IMG/VR virus record: IMGVR_UViG_3300009183_000080
Coordinates: 7,433-71,432 of that record
Reading direction: 5' to 3' (one strand)
From: a virus
Length of the DNA stretch: 64,000 bases
Shown here: in pieces, positions 21,101 through 29,522 of the stretch
Position numbering within the stretch: the first letter of the stretch is position 1
Layout: the number at the start of each line of letters is the position of its first letter
The notes under the pieces: generated by a model
The model's input: only the letters and a program-made list of their open reading frames with translations
What the model was told of the DNA's origin: nothing
The model's database searches: none
Position numbers and translations under genes: made by a program

Positions 21101-24100
21101 CTGCAGCAATACTTTGTGCTTGTGATGCTGTTAAAGTACCACTTGCAATTGATGTTGCTAGTTGTGAAGCAATACCCTCTTGAGTGTCAACCTTGTTAGT
21201 TGCTTTCATACTACTTGCAATATCTTTAATTTTTTGCTGTCCCGTTTCACTTTGAACATATGCTTGTCCAAAAGTTGTTTTACCAGGTTTAATTTGAAAT
21301 TTGGAAAAACTATCTGCCCTTCTTCTATTCATTAATTCGGTGCCAGTAACCTTATTAGTAAAAATTGCTAACTCATTTAAAGATTTTGAACTAGCACCCA
21401 TTGCTTGAGTTGTTTCCATTGTTTTTGCTGCTAATGCTTCATTTTTCTTTTTAAGATACATATACCCTGCTCCTACAAGTACTAGGGCTGCTGCTAACGC
21501 TCCTGCTTGAGTTTTCATTAATGGTGCAGCCATGCTCAATCCCATTGCAATCATTGAGCCTTCCATGTTTCCAGTCATTCCTAGTGCCATTGATGCGCCC
21601 ATACCAGCAGCACCAATTCCTGGAGCAAATCTTGCTATTTTTGTAGGGTTTTTTACTGATCTAGAAGCAAACTGTCCAGCCTTTGAAGCCTTTAGTCTTT
21701 CCATTGCTGCTTTACGTCTTCCTGGAGTTTGTTTAGTACCGTCAAAATCTTCTGCATTATCGGAGCCATATGACCCAAGACTAGAAATGTCTATAACTTC
21801 TTTTCCAGTAATTGGATCTATTATAGTATTAACATCGCCTTCACCACGTAAAACAAATCCGCCTTTATTTAATCCTTGTAAAAATCCTTTATTTTCTTGT
21901 GTTGATTTTTTATTTACAACAAAAGATCCTTGATTGAGCATCATTGGAACTGTATCTTTATTGCCTGTTCCTGGAACTATTGTTCCATTAGAACGTCTTT
22001 CAATTTTTCCACCGGCATTTATATATTGTAATGCTGGACCAATTTGTTGTGCTAGTGCTCTATCTGCAATAAATTCTCCTGGAGTTAATAATGCTGGTAC
22101 CGTTTCTGGTTCTCCGTAACCTGGTGTTCCATTTTTTCTTCTTCTTTCTTTGACAAGAAAACCTCTTTGTTTTAAAACTCCAGTTAGCACACTTTTAACA
22201 AATGCATCTTCGGATCCTGGTTTAGATTGAGCCACGTTTATTAAAGTTTTAAATTCTTTCCGTTGTCTGGTAGTGGCATCAATCGATTCACGAAGCGGTT
22301 TATTTATTTTAGGATGTGGTGCTGCTTGTGATGATTCTGGCATCTTGCCATCACTTTTATTTCTTGGACCTACTCCTACATCTGTAAGTGGTGCTAATCC
22401 AGAACCATCTGGATTTAATGTTCTACTCCACATAGCATCAACTTTAGGCAGAAAACTTCTTGAAACTCCTGCAGTAGTTGTTTGGCCTCTTGATGATGTC
22501 ATAAAATTATCAAACATTTCGTTGTATACTGGTCCGCCTATTGGTTGTTTTTCAGAAATGGCTGCTGCAAACGCTACTCGTTGCCCCATACTAGTAGACC
22601 ACGCTAATTTAGCCCTAGCACCAGTTGCTGTTCCGACAATTTGACGAATATCTGCTGATAATTGTTCTTTTGCAACCACAGCCATTCGGTATGCTTGTAA
22701 TGCCTTAACTCTTTCAGTTGTTCCTGGAGTTGCATTTAGATATCGTTGTCTTGTTGTTTCTTCATGATTTTCAAGTATGCCTTCTGTTCTTATAGCGTCT
22801 TCGTGGGTAAGTGGATATGGCTCTGGAAGATCAAGAAATGCCTTGCCTGCTGTTCTTGCGCTGTTATTGCTTTGAGTTAAATTATTATATCCTTGATCTC
22901 CAACCATTGTATATCCAGCACTTTTTCTCAAACCAATAAGGCTATCTCTTGCTGCTCCCATATTGCCTCGTGTGTGTACTGGGGGGTTATTTCCATGTGA
23001 ATCTTCCCAATGTAACAAGGCAGTTCCAGCAACACCACCTGGTCTAATGTTTAACAGGTCTTGTTCTTCCGCCAGCAATCTAAGCCTAGTTCTTTCTTTA
23101 TTTGCTGCAATTCTTGCTGCCTCCGCAGCCTTTTCTTCTTCAGTGCCTTTAAACCTTCTTACAAACCCACCTTTATTAAATGTAGCAGCAGCATGAATTG
23201 GTTGGAATTTTGACCAATCAACGTTTGCTCCAGCCTTAAGTCTATCAATCATATTTTGATAAACAATTGTTTCTGTTGGATCTAAATCCCAAGATTTAAT
23301 AAGTTTTTCTAGTCTTGGTATTGTTTCACTAATTTCTTTTTTTATTGCAGCATCATATTCTGTTGGAGACATTTTTGCAGCAAGACTAGATGTTTCTTTT
23401 GCAAAAAATTGTTTTGCTCCGCCACCTTTTACACCACCAAGATTAACCATTGCTTGTTCTTCCATGCTTGGCATTACTTTGGCAAACTCTCTAAATCCAG
23501 AGGCTCTATCATGTACCCCAGCAGTTCCAACATCTGCAACAATATTTCCAGAAACGTTTGCCCTTTGTAAGTCTTTGTCTCCTCTTAGTGTTGACGCAAC
23601 TAACTGTTTAACCATGTCCTTTTGTGAGAATTGTCCATCCATTGCTGCTATTCTAGGATCATAAGGGGACTCAATAACAATAAATTTTCTTTCCCCTGTT
23701 GGGTCTGTTGGATCCATCATTGTTCTAATAGTTTGTTTTGGAGATACCATTTTGTGTGCGGCTCTTACAATTTCTGTAGCACGAATTTCTGCTAGTGCAG
23801 TACCTTCATCCATAGTTGGTTTTACTACAACTAAATCTCCATTAGGTTTTCTGTATACCCCGCCAACTCCACGAGCAGGAAAACTAAATCCAGTGAATGG
23901 TTGATGTAATGTTCCAAAATCGGTTGGTGGCACGTCTCCATATTTTCCAGCCTTTACATTATCCGATATCTTGTTTAGCGTTTGTCTAGACGTTGTTGCT
24001 TTTGCTGCTGAGGTTGGCATACCAATAAATCTTGCTGGTGGCTTTGGTTGTGCTGCTGCTACCTGAGCAGCAACTACTGCTTTAGCATGTTCTATTGATC

Positions 24101-26345
24101 CTACACGGAATTTTGGTAATGTTGGATCATATCTTGGTCCTCCCTTTACTTCCCCTGCCCAAGGATTTTGTATATTTTTAAACTTTCCAGTTCCTACACC
24201 ACGTAAAACAAAACCACCTTTGTTTAACGCTGGTAATAATCCCCGATTTTCTTGTGTTGCTTTTTTATTTACAACAAATTCTCCAGGAGTTAACATTGCT
24301 GGAACTGTGTCAGTGTTTCCACTTCCTGGAACAAGTCCTCCCTTATTAAATTTCTTTGGTGTAAAACCAGGTCTCATCATTCCTGGATTTACTCTAGCAA
24401 AATTGTTTGCTGCAACTACTCCTCTTTGATATGCTGCTGTTAATTGATTTGCAGCCTGTGTCTCTAAAAGAAAACTTTGTCTTAGTCTGGAATGTGCTTG
24501 ATCTAATGAGGCTGCAACTGTTGTTGCTTCAATTTGTGCTGAAGTCATATATTGAGTTTGTTCGCCAAGAACTTTAGACTGGCCCCCAAGATTCATAAAT
24601 CCTTTTCTTAAGGTAATAAATAATTTAATAATATTTGCTGCACCATTTGCAATTAAACCAAATGTCATCAATAATGCAGGACCAATAAGACCAACAATAC
24701 CAATAAATCTTACAATTCCGGCCTTTACTCCATCACTAAGCCCATTAAATTTTTCAAGTATTTTGCCAATAAACTCTACTATTGGAGTAACAGCCTTTAA
24801 AAATTGTTCTCCAATTGGTGCTAATGTTACTTTAAGATCTTCCATTGTTTTTTTAAATTTTGTACCAGTTGCATTTTCTACTTTAGCAAGTTCTCGTTCA
24901 GATAAAATAGCAAGTTCTTCAATTGAGTTTGATGCTAAATTAAGAGTTCTGGATGCTTGAGTTCCATCTTTTGTAATATTTTGAAATAATGTTGAAAGTC
25001 TTGAAAACTGAAACTTGCCAAACAATTGTTCAATTGCTCTTGCTCTGTTTAGTGGATCAAGTGTGTCTAGTGCTTGTGCAAATTGAATAACGGTTGATTT
25101 AATATCTCCCTTGTTTGATTCAACTATGCCCTTAATATTAACTCCAAAATCTGCTAAAAATGCAGATGCTTTTTTGCTTGGATTAATTAATGATGCAAGG
25201 CCAGACTTTAATGCGTTGGCACCTTCTGAAGCATTAATGCCACCCTCTTTCATTGCAGTCATAAAGAATGCAAGGTCTTCAACATCTCCACCAAGTTGTC
25301 TAATAACTGGGGCAGCCTTTGGAATTGCAATAGTTAAATCTTCAATATTTAAAACTGTTTGGTTTTCTACAGCGTTAAGAAAATCAATCTTTCCTCTTAA
25401 TTTATCTGCTTCTATTCCAAAAGCATTTGTTAATGATATTGTTGTTTCTAATGCCTGCTCTTGTTCAACTCCTCCAAGAACTGCAAGTCTTGTTGCTTGT
25501 GCAACCTGTGCCATTAAGTCGGCACCCATTTTTCCTGTTGCTGCTGCGTCTGCTGCAATTTGCATAGTTTTTTCAACAGCAACTCCATATTTAGTAAACT
25601 GTTTTGCTAATAACTCAACTTCTTTTAATGCTCTAGAAGTTTCAGCGGAAGTTGTAAACATTTCACCATAAACACGTTTAAATCTAATGGCTTGTTTTTC
25701 TAATGCCATAAATGTTTTGCTTGAAGAAACTGCCAACATACTAAGTGGAATTGTAAAACCAACCATAAGTTGACGACCAGCCCACTGTGTATTTTTACCA
25801 AAATTTAAAAGATTAGTTGATCCTTGTTTTAATAACTGATTTAATAATTGTTGTTTTTGTGCAGCCAAAGCAGTTTTAGTTGCAAGATTATTCATGTCTA
25901 ATGTAAGAGGTCTTACGGCTATAGCCTTAATTGCACCATTTGCATCTCTACCCATTTTAATATATTGGGTTTGCATTGTTTTAACACGTTCTTCTGCTAC
26001 CTTGCCAATTGTGTTAAACTCTGTTTTGAAAAGTTTTCCAAATGTTTTTGTTGCACCACCAGCATACCTAAAATATTCACGAGTTGAAAATTTGTTTTTT
26101 TCTAATGAGTCAGTGAAACTATCAGTAGAACTTTTTATTGTTGTAATGCTTGCTGCAAATTTTCCAGTTGCATTTACACTATTTATAAGATTGCTTGTTA
26201 AGTTGGCTTGAGCCCTTGCTGCTGCTTTATTGCTTGTTGCAATTGCGTTATTAAACTGAGAAAGTTGTGCTTGAAGTGATTTTAGTTGTGCAAGTGCTTG
26301 AGAGGCGTCAAGATTAACCTCAATATTGGATTGAACATCAGCCAC
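15171..26345 (-). CDS. Tape measure protein with embedded cargo domains
   Basis: 3724 aa; N-terminal TP901-type tape measure region (GGINASEGANALKS, AIEQLFGK), long helical Ala/Lys/Gln-rich stretches; follows the tail chaperones. Confidence 0.93.
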   Translation of the reverse strand: MADVQSNIEVNLDASQALAQLKSLQAQLSQFNNAIATSNKAAARAQANLTSNLINSVNATGKFAASITTIKSSTDSFTDSLEKNKFSTREYFRYAGGATKTFGKLFKTEFNTIGKVAEERVKTMQTQYIKMGRDANGAIKAIAVRPLTLDMNNLATKTALAAQKQQLLNQLLKQGSTNLLNFGKNTQWAGRQLMVGFTIPLSMLAVSSSKTFMALEKQAIRFKRVYGEMFTTSAETSRALKEVELLAKQFTKYGVAVEKTMQIAADAAATGKMGADLMAQVAQATRLAVLGGVEQEQALETTISLTNAFGIEADKLRGKIDFLNAVENQTVLNIEDLTIAIPKAAPVIRQLGGDVEDLAFFMTAMKEGGINASEGANALKSGLASLINPSKKASAFLADFGVNIKGIVESNKGDIKSTVIQFAQALDTLDPLNRARAIEQLFGKFQFSRLSTLFQNITKDGTQASRTLNLASNSIEELAILSERELAKVENATGTKFKKTMEDLKVTLAPIGEQFLKAVTPIVEFIGKILEKFNGLSDGVKAGIVRFIGIVGLIGPALLMTFGLIANGAANIIKLFITLRKGFMNLGGQSKVLGEQTQYMTSAQIEATTVAASLDQAHSRLRQSFLLETQAANQLTAAYQRGVVAANNFARVNPGMMRPGFTPKKFNKGGLVPGSGNTDTVPAMLTPGEFVVNKKATQENRGLLPALNKGGFVLRGVGTGKFKNIQNPWAGEVKGGPRYDPTLPKFRVGSIEHAKAVVAAQVAAAQPKPPARFIGMPTSAAKATTSRQTLNKISDNVKAGKYGDVPPTDFGTLHQPFTGFSFPARGVGGVYRKPNGDLVVVKPTMDEGTALAEIRATEIVRAAHKMVSPKQTIRTMMDPTDPTGERKFIVIESPYDPRIAAMDGQFSQKDMVKQLVASTLRGDKDLQRANVSGNIVADVGTAGVHDRASGFREFAKVMPSMEEQAMVNLGGVKGGGAKQFFAKETSSLAAKMSPTEYDAAIKKEISETIPRLEKLIKSWDLDPTETIVYQNMIDRLKAGANVDWSKFQPIHAAATFNKGGFVRRFKGTEEEKAAEAARIAANKERTRLRLLAEEQDLLNIRPGGVAGTALLHWEDSHGNNPPVHTRGNMGAARDSLIGLRKSAGYTMVGDQGYNNLTQSNNSARTAGKAFLDLPEPYPLTHEDAIRTEGILENHEETTRQRYLNATPGTTERVKALQAYRMAVVAKEQLSADIRQIVGTATGARAKLAWSTSMGQRVAFAAAISEKQPIGGPVYNEMFDNFMTSSRGQTTTAGVSRSFLPKVDAMWSRTLNPDGSGLAPLTDVGVGPRNKSDGKMPESSQAAPHPKINKPLRESIDATTRQRKEFKTLINVAQSKPGSEDAFVKSVLTGVLKQRGFLVKERRRKNGTPGYGEPETVPALLTPGEFIADRALAQQIGPALQYINAGGKIERRSNGTIVPGTGNKDTVPMMLNQGSFVVNKKSTQENKGFLQGLNKGGFVLRGEGDVNTIIDPITGKEVIDISSLGSYGSDNAEDFDGTKQTPGRRKAAMERLKASKAGQFASRSVKNPTKIARFAPGIGAAGMGASMALGMTGNMEGSMIAMGLSMAAPLMKTQAGALAAALVLVGAGYMYLKKKNEALAAKTMETTQAMGASSKSLNELAIFTNKVTGTELMNRRRADSFSKFQIKPGKTTFGQAYVQSETGQQKIKDIASSMKATNKVDTQEGIASQLATSIASGTLTASQAQSIAAELGKQLNDYSFGISVNAKLISLMGPKGENALEDPIGVRVKLLDTAQNNIANSFANVKNAKLAKFGLFNGASIAKATGTAVGLQSIAIEQSQELLNSFDAQTQKLIEQLEIKKQFGKADELRDKREKQRLDLVEKDRQINEQVVKFFDDVETTSTKTATSLLRTSEKGAVAAYKGTAEQDIAGGAVEAIKGFEGISRKQQYAINLQLKGKNVSPTEIINLTNLFKGDQKGTEALLKVLVSSPTQGNEASQVASMFIDNSGNPLKEVQKTLVLKMTSGSSGDNQENIDFFKTLGKTGEVLDMQIVSNYIEKNPNGTAALKEIFKQIQKTKGKLKIGILAKIDGMSVDEINALSTQVDYFDKLPADQQKTFTITFLSAYRSYIEDPAAMGGYLASTGMSPQAIEKQLSTAQGKARAAEAMAAAPAKQVTELEQAMAKQVAAAKKQDEQKGRDSLLDDMLKKLKLFHDSTIKATGGFQELMKVMTATGKIPINFDGTINKLRTLGEGKISEDYLRFVENLTPEQLQDKELMDQMGIKTKKGKVTGIDTKKQQKFEAGLASSEVGQNYNNTVSALVEMERRTKAINTLRLQGFSEQEANNVVSTDAIALAITQSRISQEDLDTIKLKQKELTKANFINERFTKTAQMDAAESQSKQLQMAKAYIDIQEKMIENEYIKEKTKLNIQKGDNDYALEQISRREYDINESYDKQITALEEINSLREKENELTSRKMSIAEAFASGDMSAASSAMQEYRNAKIAQSARSRMEALQKAKENAIKGVTATGSDGKAYTREDFEKMNRTIDQRFIDMENEVRVKKIELDKLTEQTTKLTKDQIDAAISTINLAVEALGPEGAAKFLDNVFETLDGSAVGTKASVKELHEEFKLFVKTMDEARIAAAGFASGNIIPNSVARANAEATAALNAKIAASDGEQKIANQKASQGFAPGKTAEQRSEQLRKDAEEVNRLYKENAELVAAQKLIDQEQRRKDFLRGVGIPGFRSGGKINGPGTGTSDSIPALLSDGEYVVNARSVDKYGVGLFESLNAQKLAEGGYLGVKNLQPDGKFERSSIAKKVVGAAGTTAGAIGNFFKEGFQMAATSFIRPVLQNSIDGANAIPGMGPKLNVPDINVLGANLYKNEGYGLKERGSDALGIGLTMANPLKYLKLIPGVSTALSAIAKPFKAVESKIAAPFKKIINLPKSRKEEQARKTAEMFDNIKNNSNNSDIWGDLPSDVLDFSTYTPFAPKSRMQTIASTIAKPLTAPANFMSNVAKAFSNSWKYGETPETRWTGSFDNYGRNSLMAELASKSIGKLAQNLNPKLTIQNKNPEEFSTLQKYMQNNLEGRYTSDPLYKNIPKNILEKFVKKPATNFISKIATKKDDLLTLLNKPNLTQEIVDSMPGGLGGLLQLQRGVHRTSTPYTASPLSVYERHAKAISGEGTPPRAAYGPGNYFAANAKISKNQFEDFGEYAYKTALTPSAILKVLGSKGLATPKDIEKIAIKYNMPGAHVTSANSDANQPIIQALIKEGYLGYRHGDAFTNWMMGTMPGMGFKLDSKSMVADGIPKSVIKKSNSISSGLKKIFEPKQTAYAATKGMKLPDPKLTAGEKAAQKFEKDLRAEIAARYSTPETLKETLKKVADKKSIPAAKISMPLNKPKKNKTTGPNYYLYQGADDDISLYHQIYSAGPKSEEGTIKGVAAILHDPFDGSLLETIGNKGSIMESFDLMALALMDAARMSGTTKTGLNTGIVSSRTDYSQKIVDTLEAKGLGKVVDIHPRIKPSFVDEAGKKTPPGSRLGGNVWLENELRFLNKESKSYDILKSSTAIPDNVVKIAKQTLLDLLKYGFDKKRVDDAVKQYGKEMNITGYAMGGIVPRYMSSGGMAVGTDTVPAMLTPGEFVVNRKATQKFGPLLSAINSPTFETPSSSTPKYSNANVSNNAVSTNNSKTLYNYNLSVNVSNSNANPNDIARTVINQIRQIDNQRIRGL

Positions 26346-26364
26346 TCATAACACCTCTTCTTAG

Positions 26365-26682
26365 TTACATATTTAGCAAAGAACCATCTGGAAGACTATT
26401 ACCAGACGCTGCCTCAACAATTTTATAAACTGTAGGCAAATCTAAATTCTCTTCAAGGGCTTTTAGGTCTTGTGACAATTCAGGCTTATACTGTTGCATT
26501 GCAATTGCTACACATTCCATTAGGATATTCATTGATTTTTCATTGTCTTCTGATACTGCTGCAATACCCTCAAACTTTTTCATAAAGGGACGGAGTAGTG
26601 AGATCTTTAACGGTCTAACTGAAATCTTTGTTCCGTCAATAAGAACAACTACATTCTCATCTGCTTTTGCTGCTGTTGCCAT
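26365..26682 (-). CDS. Tail assembly chaperone (short, G-like)
   Basis: Directly upstream of the tape measure; paralogous to the N-terminal half of 26728..27435. Confidence 0.75.
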   Translation of the reverse strand: MATAAKADENVVVLIDGTKISVRPLKISLLRPFMKKFEGIAAVSEDNEKSMNILMECVAIAMQQYKPELSQDLKALEENLDLPTVYKIVEAASGNSLPDGSLLNM

Positions 26683-26727
26683 TTCTTTCTCCTTTGGTTA
26701 AGTTAATTAATTATATCATGAATACGT

Positions 26728-27435
26728 TTATTTTTTAGTTAAATCTTCGTAATCCAAGCCCATTCCAATACCAAACCCTGCTCTTGCTGCATTAGGACCT
26801 TGTAACGACAACACATCATTACCATCACTTGTTTGCCCACCACTAAAGACTCTTGCTTTCATGTCTTCCCATTCTTTTTGTCCCTTGCCATTTTGATTAT
26901 TTTTATCTAAATCTACACCCTGAATTGCTGCTAAAAATTTTTTTTCTTCATAATCTAAATCTCTTTTTGAAGACAAAGTTTGCATTAATTCTGGAATAGA
27001 AAGAGATGTTTCTAACTCTTCATAGTTTTTCCATATGCCCAAAGTAAAAACTTCTGCTTCTAGTTTTGCTAAATCTAAATCAAACCAACCTTGTTCTTTC
27101 TCTTTGTCTTTTGATATTTCTTTAATTGGCGTTTCTTCTTCTTTTGTTGTTTGTGGTTTTATCTTAATTCCGGCTGCAATTTCAACAATATCATATAGGG
27201 TATTAAGATCTACATGTTCTTCTAAGTCTAAAAATAAACCAGGATTGTATTGTTTCATGCAAACCCTAGAACATTCTAATAAAATTTCAATAGATTCATC
27301 ATCATTTTTTGAACCTTCCATGCCAATAAATATATCCATAAACTCTCTCATGTATTTAATCTTTAAAGGAGAGCACTCAAGAACTTGATTGTTTAGTAAT
27401 ACAATTTGAGATGTTTTAAATACTTTTGTAGCCAT
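26728..27435 (-). CDS. Tail assembly chaperone (long, GT-like)
   Basis: Between major tail and tape measure genes; G-like N-terminus plus a C-terminal extension (WKNYEELETSLSIPEL). Confidence 0.72.
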   Translation of the reverse strand: MATKVFKTSQIVLLNNQVLECSPLKIKYMREFMDIFIGMEGSKNDDESIEILLECSRVCMKQYNPGLFLDLEEHVDLNTLYDIVEIAAGIKIKPQTTKEEETPIKEISKDKEKEQGWFDLDLAKLEAEVFTLGIWKNYEELETSLSIPELMQTLSSKRDLDYEEKKFLAAIQGVDLDKNNQNGKGQKEWEDMKARVFSGGQTSDGNDVLSLQGPNAARAGFGIGMGLDYEDLTKK

Positions 27436-27451
27436 TAGTTAATTTTAGCAT

Positions 27452-27488
27452 AAAACAACAAAACCCACTCCCGTTATGAGAGTGGGTT
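27452..27488 (-). terminator. Intrinsic terminator after the major tail gene
   Basis: Minus strand AACCCACTC-tcataacgg-GAGTGGGTT followed by TTGTTGTTTT. Confidence 0.75.
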
Positions 27489-27504
27489 ATTGTTTACTTT
27501 TTAC

Positions 27505-28173
27505 TTAGGCTCCGACGTAGTTGGTGCCAGATCCATCATAGTAGGTACGATCAACGATCTTACCATATGTTGCTGTTGTGTCATCTGGAAGCATACGGAA
27601 TGAAACTTCAAACATAGAAGCCTCTTCACGCTTTGCTGAAACTGTAACAGCCTCAATTGAAAGAGCACGGTATCCAATGTATACACGCTCTACTGAGTCA
27701 GACTTGTCTCCATCACCAGTTCCTGGACCTACTGCAACGATACCACGCTCAAGTGGTACTTCTCCAATGTCTCCTGCTGATAGTTGAAGTGTACGACCTG
27801 CTGATGTATTCTTTGTTCCAGTTAATGCTGATGCTTTTCCTGCAGTTGCAAGAAGTAAATTTTCTAATGTTGCTTCGGCAAAAGCGGTAGCAAGAGTAAC
27901 TTGCATTCCCTGCTTGTATAGTTTAGCAACGTCAAGAACCTGATCTACGGCTACCTCGCCAAAATCTGGTGTGAAGGTCAATTCAAGACCATTCATTGTA
28001 TAACCTACGTTGTCAAAATCTGGATCTGATGACAAGGTAGACTTATATGACTCTGTAGACACAAATGCAGGAACTGCAGTTGCACCTGTTGGTGTAAGTT
28101 TGTAATCTGCAACGAAAATTGCTGCTGCACCTACGATAATATTTGTGGATGTACCACGTGAATATGCTGCCAT
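27505..28173 (-). CDS. Major tail (tube) protein
   Basis: NIIVGAA...VGYTMNGLELTF...VDQ...AEATLENL pattern of actinophage tail tubes; own promoter and terminator. Confidence 0.85.
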   Translation of the reverse strand: MAAYSRGTSTNIIVGAAAIFVADYKLTPTGATAVPAFVSTESYKSTLSSDPDFDNVGYTMNGLELTFTPDFGEVAVDQVLDVAKLYKQGMQVTLATAFAEATLENLLLATAGKASALTGTKNTSAGRTLQLSAGDIGEVPLERGIVAVGPGTGDGDKSDSVERVYIGYRALSIEAVTVSAKREEASMFEVSFRMLPDDTTATYGKIVDRTYYDGSGTNYVGA

Positions 28174-28258
28174 TTTTAACTCCCTTTTTCAATTTTTTTT
28201 CTATATTAAGTTATCAAAGCATTATTAATGCCTTCTCTAAACTATTATATCAGCCTTT

Positions 28259-28843
28259 TTATGTATAATATGGGGCTAGGTCATTTATAGTATGATAGTC
28301 ATACTCAATAATAAACTTATTTAAAGTCAATCCACGCAGAGAAGAAAGTTCCGTTAAGTCTCTGACCTCTTCTAACTGATAAACTTTTATGTCATGAAAA
28401 TAAACATTTCTAATTAAAGGCACTGATAAATCTAAAAGAGGGGTGTCTCCATCTTGTTTTTTCATTGTCCATCTATTTAGGTCTTCGGCTGCTGCATCTG
28501 CTCTATCTAGTAATTGAGATAAAATTGTGCTAACATCTAAAATTTTGCTGGGAGTTGAATATACATAATACAATAACTGCTCACACTTAAGAGGATACAA
28601 ACCACTTCTTCTATATCTAATAAGTCTGTCATATTGAACAATTACGTCTGGCTGTGTATTTAATGCAATGCCTTCATCATCATATTGCGTTGGTATGTCC
28701 ACTCTGTTTTTGCTTAAGTCATCAATTGCTGCTGCGTTAGATGGTATTGTCAAAACACTAAGGCCGTATTCATTTAATGCTGCTTGAATAAAAGCATTTA
28801 TCCAAATTGGTGGAAAGGGTAAGTTTATTATATCTTTTGCCAT
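28259..28843 (-). CDS. Tail terminator / neck protein
   Basis: Synteny: immediately upstream of the major tail gene. Confidence 0.55.
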   Translation of the reverse strand: MAKDIINLPFPPIWINAFIQAALNEYGLSVLTIPSNAAAIDDLSKNRVDIPTQYDDEGIALNTQPDVIVQYDRLIRYRRSGLYPLKCEQLLYYVYSTPSKILDVSTILSQLLDRADAAAEDLNRWTMKKQDGDTPLLDLSVPLIRNVYFHDIKVYQLEEVRDLTELSSLRGLTLNKFIIEYDYHTINDLAPYYT

Positions 28844-28844
28844 T

Positions 28845-29522
28845 TTACTCTACCTCCACATTAATGTTTGTAATCCAACGATAGCCAACTTCTCTACCCT
28901 TTGTTTTTCCAATCTTTGATCCTGCTCTTAGATTGCTTTTGTATGCTCTTGGATTGCTTAAGTGATCATAAATTCCAGAAGCCCTTAGAAATGTTTGTTT
29001 AAAATAATAATTCATAAAATTATCAAATGTTTTTTCATAAGAACCTTGAACCCAGTCTCCTCCAGGATTTGAAACATTAACTGGATTTTTTGTAAAAATT
29101 TGTTCTCCACCAACATCAAAAGAAAGCACAGAAGCATTTCTTGGTTTAATTACAACTGGTTGACCATACTCCATAATTCTTGCCTTGTTGTAAAATGGAA
29201 CTGAAGAACCTTGTTTAATTGATGTTGATTGTTTAAAATTAGAAATAATAGATAACCCTAAATTACTTACGGTGTGGTCAACTTGAAAAAGTCTTTTAGA
29301 TGCCATTCCAACCTTGCCCCATTCATAAACGTGGTGCATAGACATTGGATCCATTCTTGCATTTGCATCAACAAACATCTTTAATGCCTCTACTGTTTCT
29401 TTTCCTAAATTATTTAAAAATACTGTTTTTCCTTTTTGCATTCCTTCAAAAAATCCAAAGGAGTAATTAACAATATTATTCATCTGTTTGGCAAATTTTT
29501 TATCATTAAATACAGCCTGCAT
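28845..29522 (-). CDS. Neck / tail-completion protein
   Basis: Synteny; HHVYEW and KARIMEYG motifs. Confidence 0.55.
   Translation of the reverse strand: MQAVFNDKKFAKQMNNIVNYSFGFFEGMQKGKTVFLNNLGKETVEALKMFVDANARMDPMSMHHVYEWGKVGMASKRLFQVDHTVSNLGLSIISNFKQSTSIKQGSSVPFYNKARIMEYGQPVVIKPRNASVLSFDVGGEQIFTKNPVNVSNPGGDWVQGSYEKTFDNFMNYYFKQTFLRASGIYDHLSNPRAYKSNLRAGSKIGKTKGREVGYRWITNINVEVE

Noticed and set aside
15907-26211. Many plus-strand ORFs of 60-186 aa opposite the tape measure gene, and similar ones opposite fibre, capsid and RNR genes
   Set aside because: Antisense shadows of long minus-strand genes; no RBS, promoter or recognisable motifs.
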